From NCBI GenBank assembly GCA_027604505.1, contig JADIIX010000082.1:1-64000 (forward strand): DNA of 64,000 nucleotides, read 5' to 3'. The notes under the pieces were generated by a model. That model worked only from the letters and a program-made list of their open reading frames with translations, searched no databases and was not told where the DNA came from. This DNA is from Gonapodya sp. JEL0774 (Eukaryota). Positions 23,653-35,518 of the stretch are shown piece after piece (position 1 is the stretch's first letter; each line of letters starts with the position of its first letter). A program made the translations under genes and the position numbers.

Positions 23653-26600
23653 ATGCGACAGCAACCGAGTTTGCGTCTCAACCGCACTCCGCACGCCCAC
23701 TCGAACGCCAGACGATTCAACTCGAACGCGCCGTCGCCGCTTGCCCGTGCGTGGTCGCCTGACGCCTTTTTTGATCCTCAGTCGGACGTGGAGTCGGACC
23801 GGATATCTCCCCTCGCACCCAACTCCCCACACTCAAATCCATTGCTCGAATCGGATCCCGCGCTCGAGGAGAATCTCATCGACCATTTGGATGATTCTGT
23901 CGGTGCCCCCATTTCCTCGAACCCACTCCCGTCTCCAACCCCACGCTGTCCCCCGGTGTGTTCTTACGACCACCAAGACGACGACGCGATCGTCGCAGCC
24001 GTCAGGGGCGGCCGCACCGGCTCTGCCCTGCTGAACGACTCTTTGCTCGGTGATGACTCGGACTTGAGTCTGTACACGGACCTGGACAAGGACTTGTTCC
24101 CCTTCCCAGGCATGGACACGGAGCCGCAGCTCGTGGACACCACATCACACCTACCTCTCCAATCTGCCACACACTCGAAGCATCCTCACTCCACACACTC
24201 CAACTCCACCCCTTCTTCTACTCCCACTTTCTCCCGCATCCCCAGCAGAACCCCCATGCCAACCGCTCAACATGAACCCGGCTCCTCTTCCATCACTCCC
24301 CCTTCTACCCGCCCGTTTCGCTCCTACCCCGTCTGGTTTCGTCCCGTTTTCCACCCCGCCAACCCTTTCCTCCAACCCACCACTCCGTCTTCCCCTCCCA
24401 CCTGGCGGACCCTCGTCCACGTACCCCTTCCCATCCACTCCTACCCTCTCCCCCCACCACCTGCCTCGGCATCCCCGACCCCGCGCACCTCTGCCCCCGC
24501 TCTTGCGCCCCCAACCACCCCGTCACCCGCATCGTGGCACGCTACCGAACGGTCCTGGACACGGGACCCGCAGTACGCAGTGCCGACTGTGTTGAGGGCA
24601 GAAGTGCTAAGGGAGTGGAGTGGGGGAGGAAGTGGGGTCGGTGACGGTGGGGATAGGGCGGGTACGGTGGAAAAAGTGGCCAGGGGAGATAAGGGGAGGG
24701 TTCACGGAGCGGGGGGCATGGTGCGCAGTGTGGACCAGGTGGACACCGAATTGGCGGGCGGTGTGGATCTATCTGACGGTATGATGGGAGCTGATAGGGA
24801 AGGTCGAATTGCCGGACCCGCTGGTACGGACCACACCCCGTCCACCACCCACCGCACCCTCCTCCACCGCACGCACCGCCGCTTGCTTCCTAAACAGTAC
24901 CGCCGCGACCCCGTTTGCGACCAGATCGTCGAATCGTGGAGGTGGGAAGATGAGGAAGGGAGGGGTGAGTAATAGGGACGGGTCCGGTTGGTGGGTTGGT
25001 AGCTGTGTCTCGTGTACAAATGTTCAGTGGATGGAGCTGAGAGTTTCGAAGGTGCATCATCGTGTGGTAAACGGTCTTTCGATTCTCAGCCGTTGTTCAT
25101 GGGTCATGGGTGGTGACGACAGGAGAGGGACGGAGACGGGGAAGGCTCACTTGCGGGTGTGCGCTGGGTTGGACGTAGCTATGCGCACCTCTGCAGGGCG
25201 TGAACGGCTTGCGAGTGCAACACGTCGCAGGTTTGGAGCTGTCCAGTCCATCCAGCGACTGGCGTTGCTGACCTTCCCCTCCACACTCCCCGTCCACCAT
25301 TTCCCTTTCCCTTTTTCCTTCGTTCGCCCACTTCCCTTTCTTCCACCCCCAACCAAGTATCTCTCCGCACCCACCTCACCACTGTCAACCCGTCCACCCT
25401 CTCCGACGCCCTCTGGCAAAAAGGACAAGCGTTTGAACCGGTACCCTTCTTGGGAACAGTGGGAGAGAAGGGTGGGCCCCCCGGGGATATGCCGTTTTGG
25501 CTGCCAAGAGTGAGTTTGTGAGGGGAGAGGTTGGGGGGTGGAGGGGGGCGAAAGGTGGGGGTTTTGGGAGGAGTCATTGTGCTCACTGCTCAGAGTGCAC
25601 AAAAGCTCCCAATGGATGTTACTGATTCCTGGTGGCACTTCTGAACACAAGCGCCGCCTTTACCAGCGGAAAAACGGGACCGTCCGGTACAAAAAGTGAG
25701 CGCTCCCGGCTGGTTTCGAACCAGCGACCTTGGCGTTAACAGCACCACGCTACTACCGCTGAGCTACGGGAGCAAATGTGTGGAAGGACGACCCATTGGC
25801 GGCTTTTTGGACCGGAGTTTTTTCTGGTTGGGTTTGTTGCATGTTGTGTGGGCCGCGTCACCACCATCTGTACATCTTACACCACACCCCGACCACGCCC
25901 CACCTGTCTCGCCTCTCCAGGTCCGCAAGTTTGCCTTCGTGTACCACTTACCCCCATCATACCCCCCCACCTCTGACCCCGACAGTGCCTCCCCGTCCAC
26001 CGAGGCACCGTACCCGTCCATCAGCGTGGAGGTCGTACCGCTGGAGGGGGACGGGGAAGGGACGACGGTTATAGACGAGGCCGAGGCGCATGCGCAGGTT
26101 AGGGCGGGGTCAGTGGGGGAAAGGGAAGAAGGAGAGTCGTTTTTCTCAAAGAATTTTGTTTCGTCTCTCGCGATGTGCACCGTGCCCCTCCCTACTTGCC
26201 CCCATCACCTATTCATGTCCCCCGACTCCGCCAGACCTACCGCCTCACCAACCTGCTCCTCCTTTTCCTCCGCCACCTCCTCGGCCTCCACCACGGCTAT
26301 ACCAAACGTGTCCACCACGATCTTGCGGTTCCCAAAACCGTTTTCCAGGATCGGTACCGGCTGATGAAGGACAAGTACGCCCGGTGGGCGACGGGCGACG
26401 TGTGGAGGAAGGCGGGTATGAAGACAGATCCGGCGAAACATGTGTACGAGGATATCGGGATCGCAGCGTGGTTGCTGTGCGTGTGGGAGGCGGAGGAGAG
26501 GGAGGAGAGGGAAGCCCGGGGAGAGTGCGCGATCGGGCTGAGCGGGGGGTTGGAAGGTGGTACGAACCCTCCGGTGATTGCGGTAGCGTCTCCCATCGGC

Positions 26601-27760
26601 ACCGACACCGACACCGACGCCAACACCACCTCCACTACCCCGTCGCGGCCCACCCGTCCTCCCTTCTTCCTCGACCTGGCCTGTGGCAACGGGTTCCTCA
26701 CCTACCTCTTGACCATGGAAGGGTACCAAGGCCTGGGCATCGACCAGGCCAAGCGGGCGGTGTGGGACGCCTACCCTGCAGAAGTCACAAGGAGCTTGAA
26801 GGCCGAGACGGTGGATCCGAGAGTTCTGGTGGATGGGGGGATCGGAGAGTGGCGAGGTGTCAAGTGGGTGGTCGGGAACCATTCGGGTGGGTTTCGAGGC
26901 CGAGATGGTGGCGAGCGAGAGCTATGCGAGGGCTTCGGAGTTCTGAGGTGATGCTGACGTGTTCTTGTTCGTTGGTTTTGGGGTTCAATTCGTGTCCGCT
27001 GCATGTGCCCGTGTGTGATTCCGCCGTTCACCAGATGAGCTGACGCTGTGGACGCCCATGATTGCGACGCTGTGCGGCTATGACTGCGGGTGCGTTTGTG
27101 TGTTCTACGTTAGTCTATGTCGTCACACGAATTCTGTTCTGCTCATCTTTTCATTCGCTGCCCGACGACCCTCGCGCCTCCGCCTCCGTCGCGCATCTCG
27201 TACCACAATCGCACCACAGATTTGTCGTCATACCCTGTTGCTTCTTCGAACTCTCCGGCCTCAGGTTCGTCGAGCACGACCAGTCAAAAGGTCGCTACGA
27301 GACGTACTTGGACAGGGTCAAGCAGGTAGCCCAGGACACGTGCGGGTTCGTGGTGGAGCGAGAGTATTTGAGGATGCCGAGTACGAAAAATGTGTGCTTG
27401 ATGGGCAGGAGGAGGAGATATGGACCTGGTAAGTATTTAAGTGGACGGGTAAATTTTCAATTCGCTGTTCTCCATCTCACTCAACGAATGTCTGCTTTTG
27501 ATCGTCTCGGTTGTGCTCTGACCCGTAACCCAGACGACAAAACCTCCCACTCCGAATACGTTTCCCAGGTCGTTGACCTCACGCGCGCAACCGCATTCGT
27601 CCCTCGCGTCTCAGACGCAGACAAGGAGAAGCTCCGTAGGGAACGGAAGAGTAGGCTCGAGGCTGCGGCAGCGAGGGTAGGGGCAGCGATGGAGATGGAG
27701 TCAGATCCGGGGCCTGGAGCGGAACTTGATCCGCATCTCATGCCGGACCTGGATGTGTGA
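23653..27760 (+). CDS. TRM44: tRNA (uracil-O(2)-)-methyltransferase, multi-exon, with long low-complexity N-terminal extension
   Basis: RRLLPKQYRRDP, MPFWLPR|VRKFAFVY, GYTKRVHHD, TDPAKHVYEDIGIAAWL, FLDLACGNGFLTYLL.EGYQGLGID, VGNHSDELTLW, IPCCF, EYLRMPSTKN. Introns 24965-25357, 25510-25920 and 26098-26234 keep the frame. Confidence 0.9.
25701..25773 (-). tRNA. tRNA-Asn(GUU), intronless
   Basis: GCTCCCG acceptor stem pairs with CGGGAGC; D arm TAGCTCAGCGGTAGTAGC; anticodon loop CT-GTT-AA; T arm GGTTCGAAACC; T5 Pol III terminator at 25695-25691. Confidence 0.95.
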
Positions 27761-28144
27761 GATAAGTGGTGTCGGGCGTGAGGTGTGGTTGAGGTGTTGA
27801 GCTTCGGGAGGGTTATGAGTGTACGAGTTTGCACGAGACTTTCTTGACCATCTTCTTCGCATCCTGTTCCACTTGCACTGTAACTTTTACACTACAGCCT
27901 AAATTATGTAGTCTTAGCCTCATTGATCTTCAGTATGCTCTCGGAAACGTTCCGCAACGGTATTTTTTCAGTGGTGCACATGTAACACATGTACCCACGG
28001 TGTGCATGTACGATGGACTCGGCATCCCACCGATCCTCAACAGACATCGGAGTCCTTCAAAAACATTTTTCGATTGTGCCTAACTGCAACGCTGCCCAAG
28101 GACCACGACAAAGTCAACCTATCCTCTCGCGCTCTCTTCTTGGA

Positions 28145-31100
28145 CTATCGGAAAGTGACATCATCCTCATCTTCGTCCTCGTTATCGTCCTCGAACGTTT
28201 CTGCTCCCAAGCCCACCATGGCTTTCACTTTACCTGCCGCAGCGCCTGCCTTGCCACCGGCCTGTAATACGTCCCCCACACTGCCTGAAACGAGCCCCAA
28301 CCCGGCCAGGAAACCGGGCTTAGCATTTCCGTCGGCCGCTGTAGAGTCCATGGAGGGCGCCGAAGATCCTATGGAAGCTCGCGCCGGTGGCAATCCGATG
28401 CGGGACGGAGCGATTGCCGAAGATGCACCGTATCCCGATTTGTAGAGTTTCTCTTCTTCCTCGTCGTATCTCCGTGCCATATCTCTGAACCACCTCGACG
28501 ATGCGACGTCGACAAGCGTCGCCCGTTTGTCCGGGTTCGGTTCGAGCATCCATCGGATCATTTCCTTTGCAGCCGCGGGATCTTTGATCCTTGCAGATTC
28601 GGGGATCTTCTCGGCTGCCGGAGTCTTGGAGGAAGAGAAGAAGGACGAGATGGAGGGTCCGTGCGTGGCGGGAGGGGCAAGGTGCGTGCCCGGGTTGGTG
28701 CCGAGGTTGTCGATGATAGCGTTCGTGCGCTTTTTAAGCCACGTTTGGTAAAAGTGATCGGTGGAAGTAGCGGCATTCCAGGGATACTTTTGGGTGCAGA
28801 GGTAGACTGGAAAAGCATGGAGGGACACTTAGTCTATGCCGGGCTTCTTGGGAACTCTGTCCAGAAACTTACTGTAAGCCTGTAGTCATGAAGTCAAGTT
28901 TGTGAAACACGGTGAAGATAAAGCAAAGAACAGAAGTCGGTTATCTCTCTCGAAACATGCGCGCAACAGATTTGCCACGAAAAATATCACCCACCACTCC
29001 TGCCATCCACACATCCACCTGTCGGCTATCGTACCACCCGTCAGTACCCGCACTTGGGTCCTTACCCAACCCTCCAAACTGCTCCGGTGCAATGTACGAG
29101 TTTGTCCCAACCACCCCGAACGACAACCTCACCGGAGTATCAGGTCTGATCGCTGGAGGCAACCATCCAGGTATGTCTGCACGACCAGTTTCATCAGCTG
29201 GCACGGCACCCTCGAGATTGTCCTTATCTCCGTCACCCAAACGATCCTCGGAAGCAGTATGGAGGGCTGCGAGGTGGGACCGTGCATACCAGCCGGCCTG
29301 CCCTGGTGCGACGCCTACCATCTGCAAGAAAGATTGCGGGGGCAAAGGCGCTCCGTCTTCGGAGGTGGCAGTGCTGTTTCGGGATCCTGGGCGATGATTA
29401 CCGGACACACCGGACGAGATGGACCCGACAGCGCCTGAACGCTTCATGGGTCTCCGAACCCCACGGTTGACCATGTGGCCCGATTCGAAATCGTCGCCAT
29501 CCACGCCACCAGTTCCTTCCTTCTGAGCTTGCGGTGGCTTAGACCATTTGGACCCATGGCCCCTGTCCATAAATTGACCCGGTGGTGCAACAGCGTCGGG
29601 GTTGGTGGCATCTTGCTGCAGTACCGATGATGTGGAAGCAGCTGTGACGGGTGCGGCCCAAAATATTTCACAGTTGCCCAAGTCGGTCAGCTTGACTTCC
29701 CGTCGTGCGGGGTGCCACATAACATTCTCAAGCTTGACTGCAAGATGCCGACGAGTACCAAATCGGTGATTTCTGTGTGAGAGACGGAACCTACAGTTAC
29801 AACAAGCATCAAGGATCTCGCGACCCACCATCTCTGTGAGCTACACCCCTCCCGTGGACCCATAGCAACGCCCGTATAACCTGTACAAAAATCCCATCCA
29901 CTGTCGCTTGGGTACGAAGATGGCCGCGAGAAAGGGCGTGGCGGAGGTTTCCACCAGGGAGGTACTGATTTTGTAAGTTTTGAGAGAAAAGTAAGAGTCA
30001 GTGAGAAGGTTAACACAATTCACCCGCATTATAATCCACCAGCATATATCCTTGCGTGCCAACACCTCTTTCGCGAACCCCGTTGCCGCTGGTGCAATCC
30101 CTCGCTTTGAACCTCCTGGTGGGACCCCAAATGAAACTCACCTCCATCACTGTAAAAGCAACACCCTTATCCCTCTCCCCAGATCCTGAAGACTTTTCCT
30201 CCGCCATATCCACAACCTGTACCACGTTGGGATGACCCCTGATCCGTGATCCGACAATGTATTCCCACCTCGCCCGAGCGAGGTGGACATCCCGTGAAGG
30301 GTACGTTTTGAAAACCTGGAGACATCAGTTAGTGCGAGGAGGTGGCGTTGAGACTTGTCGGTTCGTGCGGCAGAGAATTCAGACGCACCTTCGCAGCCCA
30401 CAGACCACCTCCCTGCCCGCCTTCTCTGACGACCCTCACAGTCCCTTCAGCGCCCCAGCCTATCACCTTGCCGGTATTCTCGTACTTCACACCCCGAGTA
30501 CTTTTCGGCCCGAGTTGGGGGAGGTTTGAAAACCCGTTCGTGGATGAAAACAGCTCGTTGTAGAGGAGAGGTACCGGGATAAAAGAGGACGAGTAGTGAA
30601 ACGGAATCGGAGGGAGGGCGGGTGGGTGAGCGGAAGTTTGCGCGGAAGATGAAGGGACTGTAGGAGTGGGGATAGGCGCTGGAGGTGTGGTGGTGACAGC
30701 ACCACCGAGGGACATGGGTGGCGGGGGGCTGTGCAGGACGAAGGAAAGTCCTGTTATTCTCTGACAATAAATCTGATCTCGAGGGTGGGTAACCTTTGCA
30801 GGAGTACCCCTCACGTTGAGACGACCTGTGAGACCCGGGGGCGGAGGGCATCGTCTCTCCACAGCAGAGCAACGCACAAAACTTCGGAGAGGTCCAAGTA
30901 GAAACAGTCAATCCATCCACCACCACCCTTCGAATTTCACCATCTACGTCCGATTCTGCTGTCTCTTGTGTCAATCCATCATCTCCCTAGTTACTTCATT
31001 CAATTTCCCACGGTTCGCTTAGAAACTCACTTCTCCGGTGCATTCCTCAGCGGTACAATCTTGGGGGATTCTATTGCATTCATTTCCGGCGGTTGGTGAA

Positions 31101-31983
31101 GGGCGGCTGCGAGCGCGTCTTGATCCGCCGAGACTAGGGTGGAATGAGTTTGATGTTGTTGGTAGGAAGGATCTTCAGGTCCGTCATGCGAGACTGTGGA
31201 ATGGCGATTTCTGGAGTTGGATGGCATGTGGTCTGGGTCGGAAGCGGCGATGGAGTTCGTCGAACTGGAGGAGGGTATGTGGTGCCGGAAGGGCGAGGCA
31301 TTCGGCGGGTGGTTCACCGCACCCATGCCAGTGCCTCCACTGCGAAGCTGCACGGACCCAGTAGCCGAGTTTGTACGATTCACTCCGGCCGAAAGAGCTG
31401 ATGGGACTCTCTGTGGTGTGGGTGAGGAGGAGTGGGCCGAGACCACTGAGGAGTTCGAAGAAGACGCTGTCGGCGTGCGAGCGGGCGATCCGTGAACTGC
31501 GGTTGGCTGAGCAATGTGAGTTGGGTGGGGAGGTTGGGCGTTGGTTGAAGAGCGCGGTTTCGAAGGTTGGAAGAGTTTGGCGACCGCTCCCGAGAATGAT
31601 GTAGCGATTGAGTTACGTCGGGCTTGAGGAGGGGGTGGGTGGTGTGGATAATTCGAGGAAAGGTGTTGGACGAGAGTGGACGGATTGCTGGGGAGCTGGT
31701 GTTGGTTTGGGTGGTGGGATTCCAACACAGACCCGTCTCCATCCCCGTCTGCGTGGGTATCTCCATCATCTTCGTTCATCATTCGGCCTAGCGTGCGTCC
31801 GGCTTTTGGTGGCCCTCCAATTCGGTTTTCTGGATTCACACCGTCGGTCTCCACAAACTCTTCTCCAACCTCTCCTGACGTTTCGACTCCTCCTGCCACC
31901 GCATCTACGCCTCCCTCAGCTCTACTCAATGATGTGAGTGTCTCGTCCACAATCCTTTTCTCTTGACTATCGGTGCCCATCAT
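28145..31983 (-). CDS. Ser/Thr protein kinase, probably HAL/NPR1/PTK-like, multi-exon
   Basis: VIGWGAEGTVRVV...WAAK, LKLENVMW, VKLTDLG, GVVGTNSYIAPEQF, YDSRQVDVW, MIRWMLEPNPDKRAT; long S/P/H-rich N-terminus. Confidence 0.85.
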
Positions 31984-32385
31984 CTTGGGGGACAACCGTG
32001 CTCGTCGATGCTGATGGTTGGACCGATACGTCCTTTTCAGTACTCGGATCGCCCGATCCACGTCTTTTCTTGTGGTATCCGCCTGCTCTCGCCTGCGATT
32101 CTCCGGGAGTCGTTCTGTGATCCGAAAATTTGTTACGAAGTCGATGTCTCCAACTCTCTTATTGTTTGCCTGAGTGGCCCTGGAAGAGGCAAACAGCCCA
32201 ACCCAGCAGGGACAACCCCTCACCAATACATAGTTGATAAGTTTTATCAGATGGAGCTCGAAATCAAGGGCAGTTGGAAACGTTGAGAAAATGCGCAGGC
32301 TAAAATTGGTGCAGGAACTAGCTCGGGTGGAGAGCTGTTTAAAACACCATCAATTGTCGTTCAAACCCGAAGGTATAATTCTGAG

Positions 32386-33465
32386 CTATTCCATGACAAC
32401 TACCACTCCACCCCTCCTCTCTCCACCTTCAAAGTGCTCATGTGCCTCGCGTGCCTTCTCCAGTGGAAAAGTTTTGTCCACCAACACCCGCAAAAGGCCC
32501 TTCTCCACCAGCCCTTCCAAGGTGGCGAGTCCTTGGTCAGTGTACTGTGCTGCACCGATGAGAACCCGTTTCCTATCTTCCCATGTGCGCCGAGTGTCAG
32601 ACGAGTGGGAGATTGTTGGGACGATGGGAAGGTAGAGGCCTCCAGGGGCGAGAATAGGGAGGACGGTGCGCATGGAGAGTTTGCCCGGCAAGTCAATGAT
32701 TGCATCGAAAGAGGAGGGAGAAAATCGTTTGAGGTAAGACGAAGGGACTGAAACTGGCATTTCGGAGTGCTCCTCGACGCCCTGTTCCAGCGTAGCATCG
32801 ATGACATCATCACAGCAACCGAGTTCATTGAGAACCTCGGTACGAGCAGCGCCCACGTCGACCGCTACAACGGTGACGGCACCAAGGTGGCGCTTTGCTA
32901 TTTGAGCAGCAATGAGCCCAACGCTACCGGCAGCGCCCACCAGGAGCAGACGAGAAGACGGTCCAATACGGGCTTGGGTGACGTAGGAGAGCGCTTCATT
33001 GCCGGAAAGTGGGAGCAATGAAGCCTCGGGATTTGACAAAAATTTGGGGGCGTGTCGGAGGACGGGAACGAGGAAGTTATCAGGAGAAGTGGCTTCTTTG
33101 TCTGCTGCAACGACCAGGAACTCCGCGTAAGCGCAGGGAAAGAGCCCTGTGGTTCCGTAAATTCTATCCCCTTTCTTAAACCGAGTGACCTTGCTCCCAA
33201 CCTTTTCGACGACGCCCACGAACTGTTGCCCGAGAGTCTTTGGTTGCATGATTGCGAACGCGATTCTGGTCAAGATGTTGACCGGCCGTGGAATCGCGAG
33301 CGCGCGGATCTCAGTGTCCCATCCAGCAATGCCCGCAGCATGGACTCGAACAAGCATCGACGAAGGTGGGACGGTGGGAATTGGAACAGAACGGAGGCAT
33401 AGCACCGACGGTGGGCCGTACGATGTCCAAGCAGCGATGTTCATGGCCTGCATGCCTGACGACAT
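32386..33465 (-). CDS. NAD(P)-dependent MDR-family oxidoreductase (quinone reductase/ADH-like, no Zn ligands), intronless
   Basis: YGPPSVL, LVRVHAAGI, G.VEKVGSKVTRFKKGDRIYG, AYAEF, LLVGAAGSVG..AAQIAK, VDKTFPLEKAREAH, GGVVV; single 359-aa ORF. Confidence 0.9.
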   Translation of the reverse strand: MSSGMQAMNIAAWTSYGPPSVLCLRSVPIPTVPPSSMLVRVHAAGIAGWDTEIRALAIPRPVNILTRIAFAIMQPKTLGQQFVGVVEKVGSKVTRFKKGDRIYGTTGLFPCAYAEFLVVAADKEATSPDNFLVPVLRHAPKFLSNPEASLLPLSGNEALSYVTQARIGPSSRLLLVGAAGSVGLIAAQIAKRHLGAVTVVAVDVGAARTEVLNELGCCDDVIDATLEQGVEEHSEMPVSVPSSYLKRFSPSSFDAIIDLPGKLSMRTVLPILAPGGLYLPIVPTISHSSDTRRTWEDRKRVLIGAAQYTDQGLATLEGLVEKGLLRVLVDKTFPLEKAREAHEHFEGGERRGGVVVVME

Positions 33466-33679
33466 TTAACGATTAATCCTCCATTGTAGAGTGGGCAAAC
33501 TTTTATTTGTGATCAGTTGCGTGTGCGGGATGCGTGGATGACTCGGTGCTGAGGTCTTGCTCAGTCGGCTAAATAAGTTCTTGCCACGAGTGAGTGCTCC
33601 CTCTTACATACATTACTCAATAACACCAGTCTGCTTTGCCATGAAGGAAGATGTTCATCACTATTTCGCAAAAAATCAT

Positions 33680-35518
33680 TTATGTATCACTCTGTAACGC
33701 TTCTCGAATATTCCTAAGCTGTACGGTTATCTCACGAAACGTGGGTCTTAGAGCAGGTTCTTGATCCCAGCACTTTCGAATCAGCTCTTGAAGCTTTAGC
33801 GGAATGCCATCCGATTCCTGAATGACCGGTCGTTTGTTATCATTGACAATAGAATAGTATAGAGCAAGTGCCGATATGTCTAGTTCACCATATGGGTTTC
33901 TCAAGGTCCAGATCTTCAAAAGGCATCAAGTAAACGTTCAAAGCCAGGAAGCTCAGGAAGATCACTAAACCGTTCACTCAAATTGTCACACAGCTAAGCA
34001 CATACCCGTAAGACCGTTATTGCAAAAGCATACACGTCTCCTTCTTTGGTCGCACCACCACCAACCAGTCTTTCCGGAGGCATGTAAAGTCCTGTTCCTT
34101 CTCTATTTCCTGTGGTTTCTTGCAGCGGTGCGTTGTTGATCTTTGATGTCCCAAAATCGCCTACACGTGTGGTTCCGTCATCATCAACAAGAGCATTCTC
34201 AGGCTTGAGGTCCGCGTGAACAATATCACGGATGTCGTGGAGATAATACATTCCTGCCGCAATATCTGAAAACTGAGAAATGGAGATAGAGGTAGAGAAT
34301 ACTCATAGTATCAGCCATTGAAGAAATCCGGATCAAAATTCAGAGATCAAACCAATACTCACGATCCGAAGCTTTGTGGAGGTTGTTGCATGATCTGGAT
34401 TGTTCTGCAGGTAGTCCAGCACGTTTCCGTTTCTCATAAACTTTGAGAGCATAAACGGCTGGGGACCCTCCCAGGATGCTCCGAGGAGCGGAAGGATGTT
34501 CGGGTGATACCCTGCCGTGTACCATGCTGTGACCTCACGATCAAATGCCTGTGCAGGACTGTCGACATGTAAAGCCTGAATAAAAATCAACTCGACTGAT
34601 GTGACTTGCCTTTCTTAAGCTCTCTTGCGACATGGACCTATCCACAGTGATGAACTTCCCTGCCACCGTAGCCGCTGCCCACTCGCACCTGTAAACGACA
34701 CCGAAACCACCTCTTCCAATCTCTTCTCGACGCAAAACACTATGATGATCAATATGCCAAGCTTGCTTAGTGTGAGTCATAGTGTCTCCCGTCTCTGCAG
34801 CAACTGGAATCGAAGTGGAGGCATGCTCCACATTGCGCTGGGCCAGTACGGCTTCCAAGAAACTTGTATCTGTATTCTTGCTAGCAGCAGTTATTTCAAC
34901 GTCCGAAACTACGGCGCCGTGCCGGAGAAGCACTCGCAGGACCGCGAGCGAGGGTTGGATTGTGAAGCCTGTGCTGGCCGAGTCCCATGTCTTTGGATTG
35001 TCCAATCGAACATGTCCGCCTTTGTTACTAATAAAGAGAGTACCATCCGCATTCGGCACGTTGGCTGTGCTGCTATCCCATCGCTTCCATCGCCCACCGC
35101 GGCCGATGGCCAACGTGACGGGCGATGGGAATGAAACTGATCCGAGCCAGCGCTTCTTGTTCCACAGTTCTGAATCCCACGATGAACCGCAGTTTGCGAT
35201 CCGCCAGTCACATTTACCGTTGGGTGCTGCTCCACTTATCAGAAGCGCTTCGACAATCCGCGAGTGTCCGTGAAGAATCGCAAGAGCCAGCGCAGATTCG
35301 CATTCAATTGCATCAGTCTTCTTCTCATACACCTCTTCGTACTTCTCACTGGAAAACAGTCCAGCTCTCTTCACCAAACGGTGCTCCTGAACTTGCACCG
35401 ATAATGTCACCTTCTTCCTCACATTGGGATCCGCTCCCTCCAGCAATAGCTGCTGAACGCGTTTTTCATTGCCGTTTTCTACAGCCTCAATGAGATCAAG
35501 TTCCTGTGTGGTGGACAT
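33680..35518 (-). CDS. Ankyrin-repeat + tyrosine-kinase-like (TKL) protein kinase, multi-exon
   Basis: LIEAVENGNEKRVQQLLLEGADPN, SALALAILHGHSRIVEALLISGAAPN; IGRGGFGVVY, VAGK, HPNILPLLGA, IVHADLKPENALV, VGDFG, GTGLYMPPE, DVYAFA, CWDQEPALRPTF. Confidence 0.9.

Noticed and set aside
25696..25920. N-terminus of ORF 25696..26364 (MSAPGWFRTSDLGVNSTTLLPLSY)
   Set aside because: Antisense translation of the tRNA-Asn gene within the TRM44 intron.
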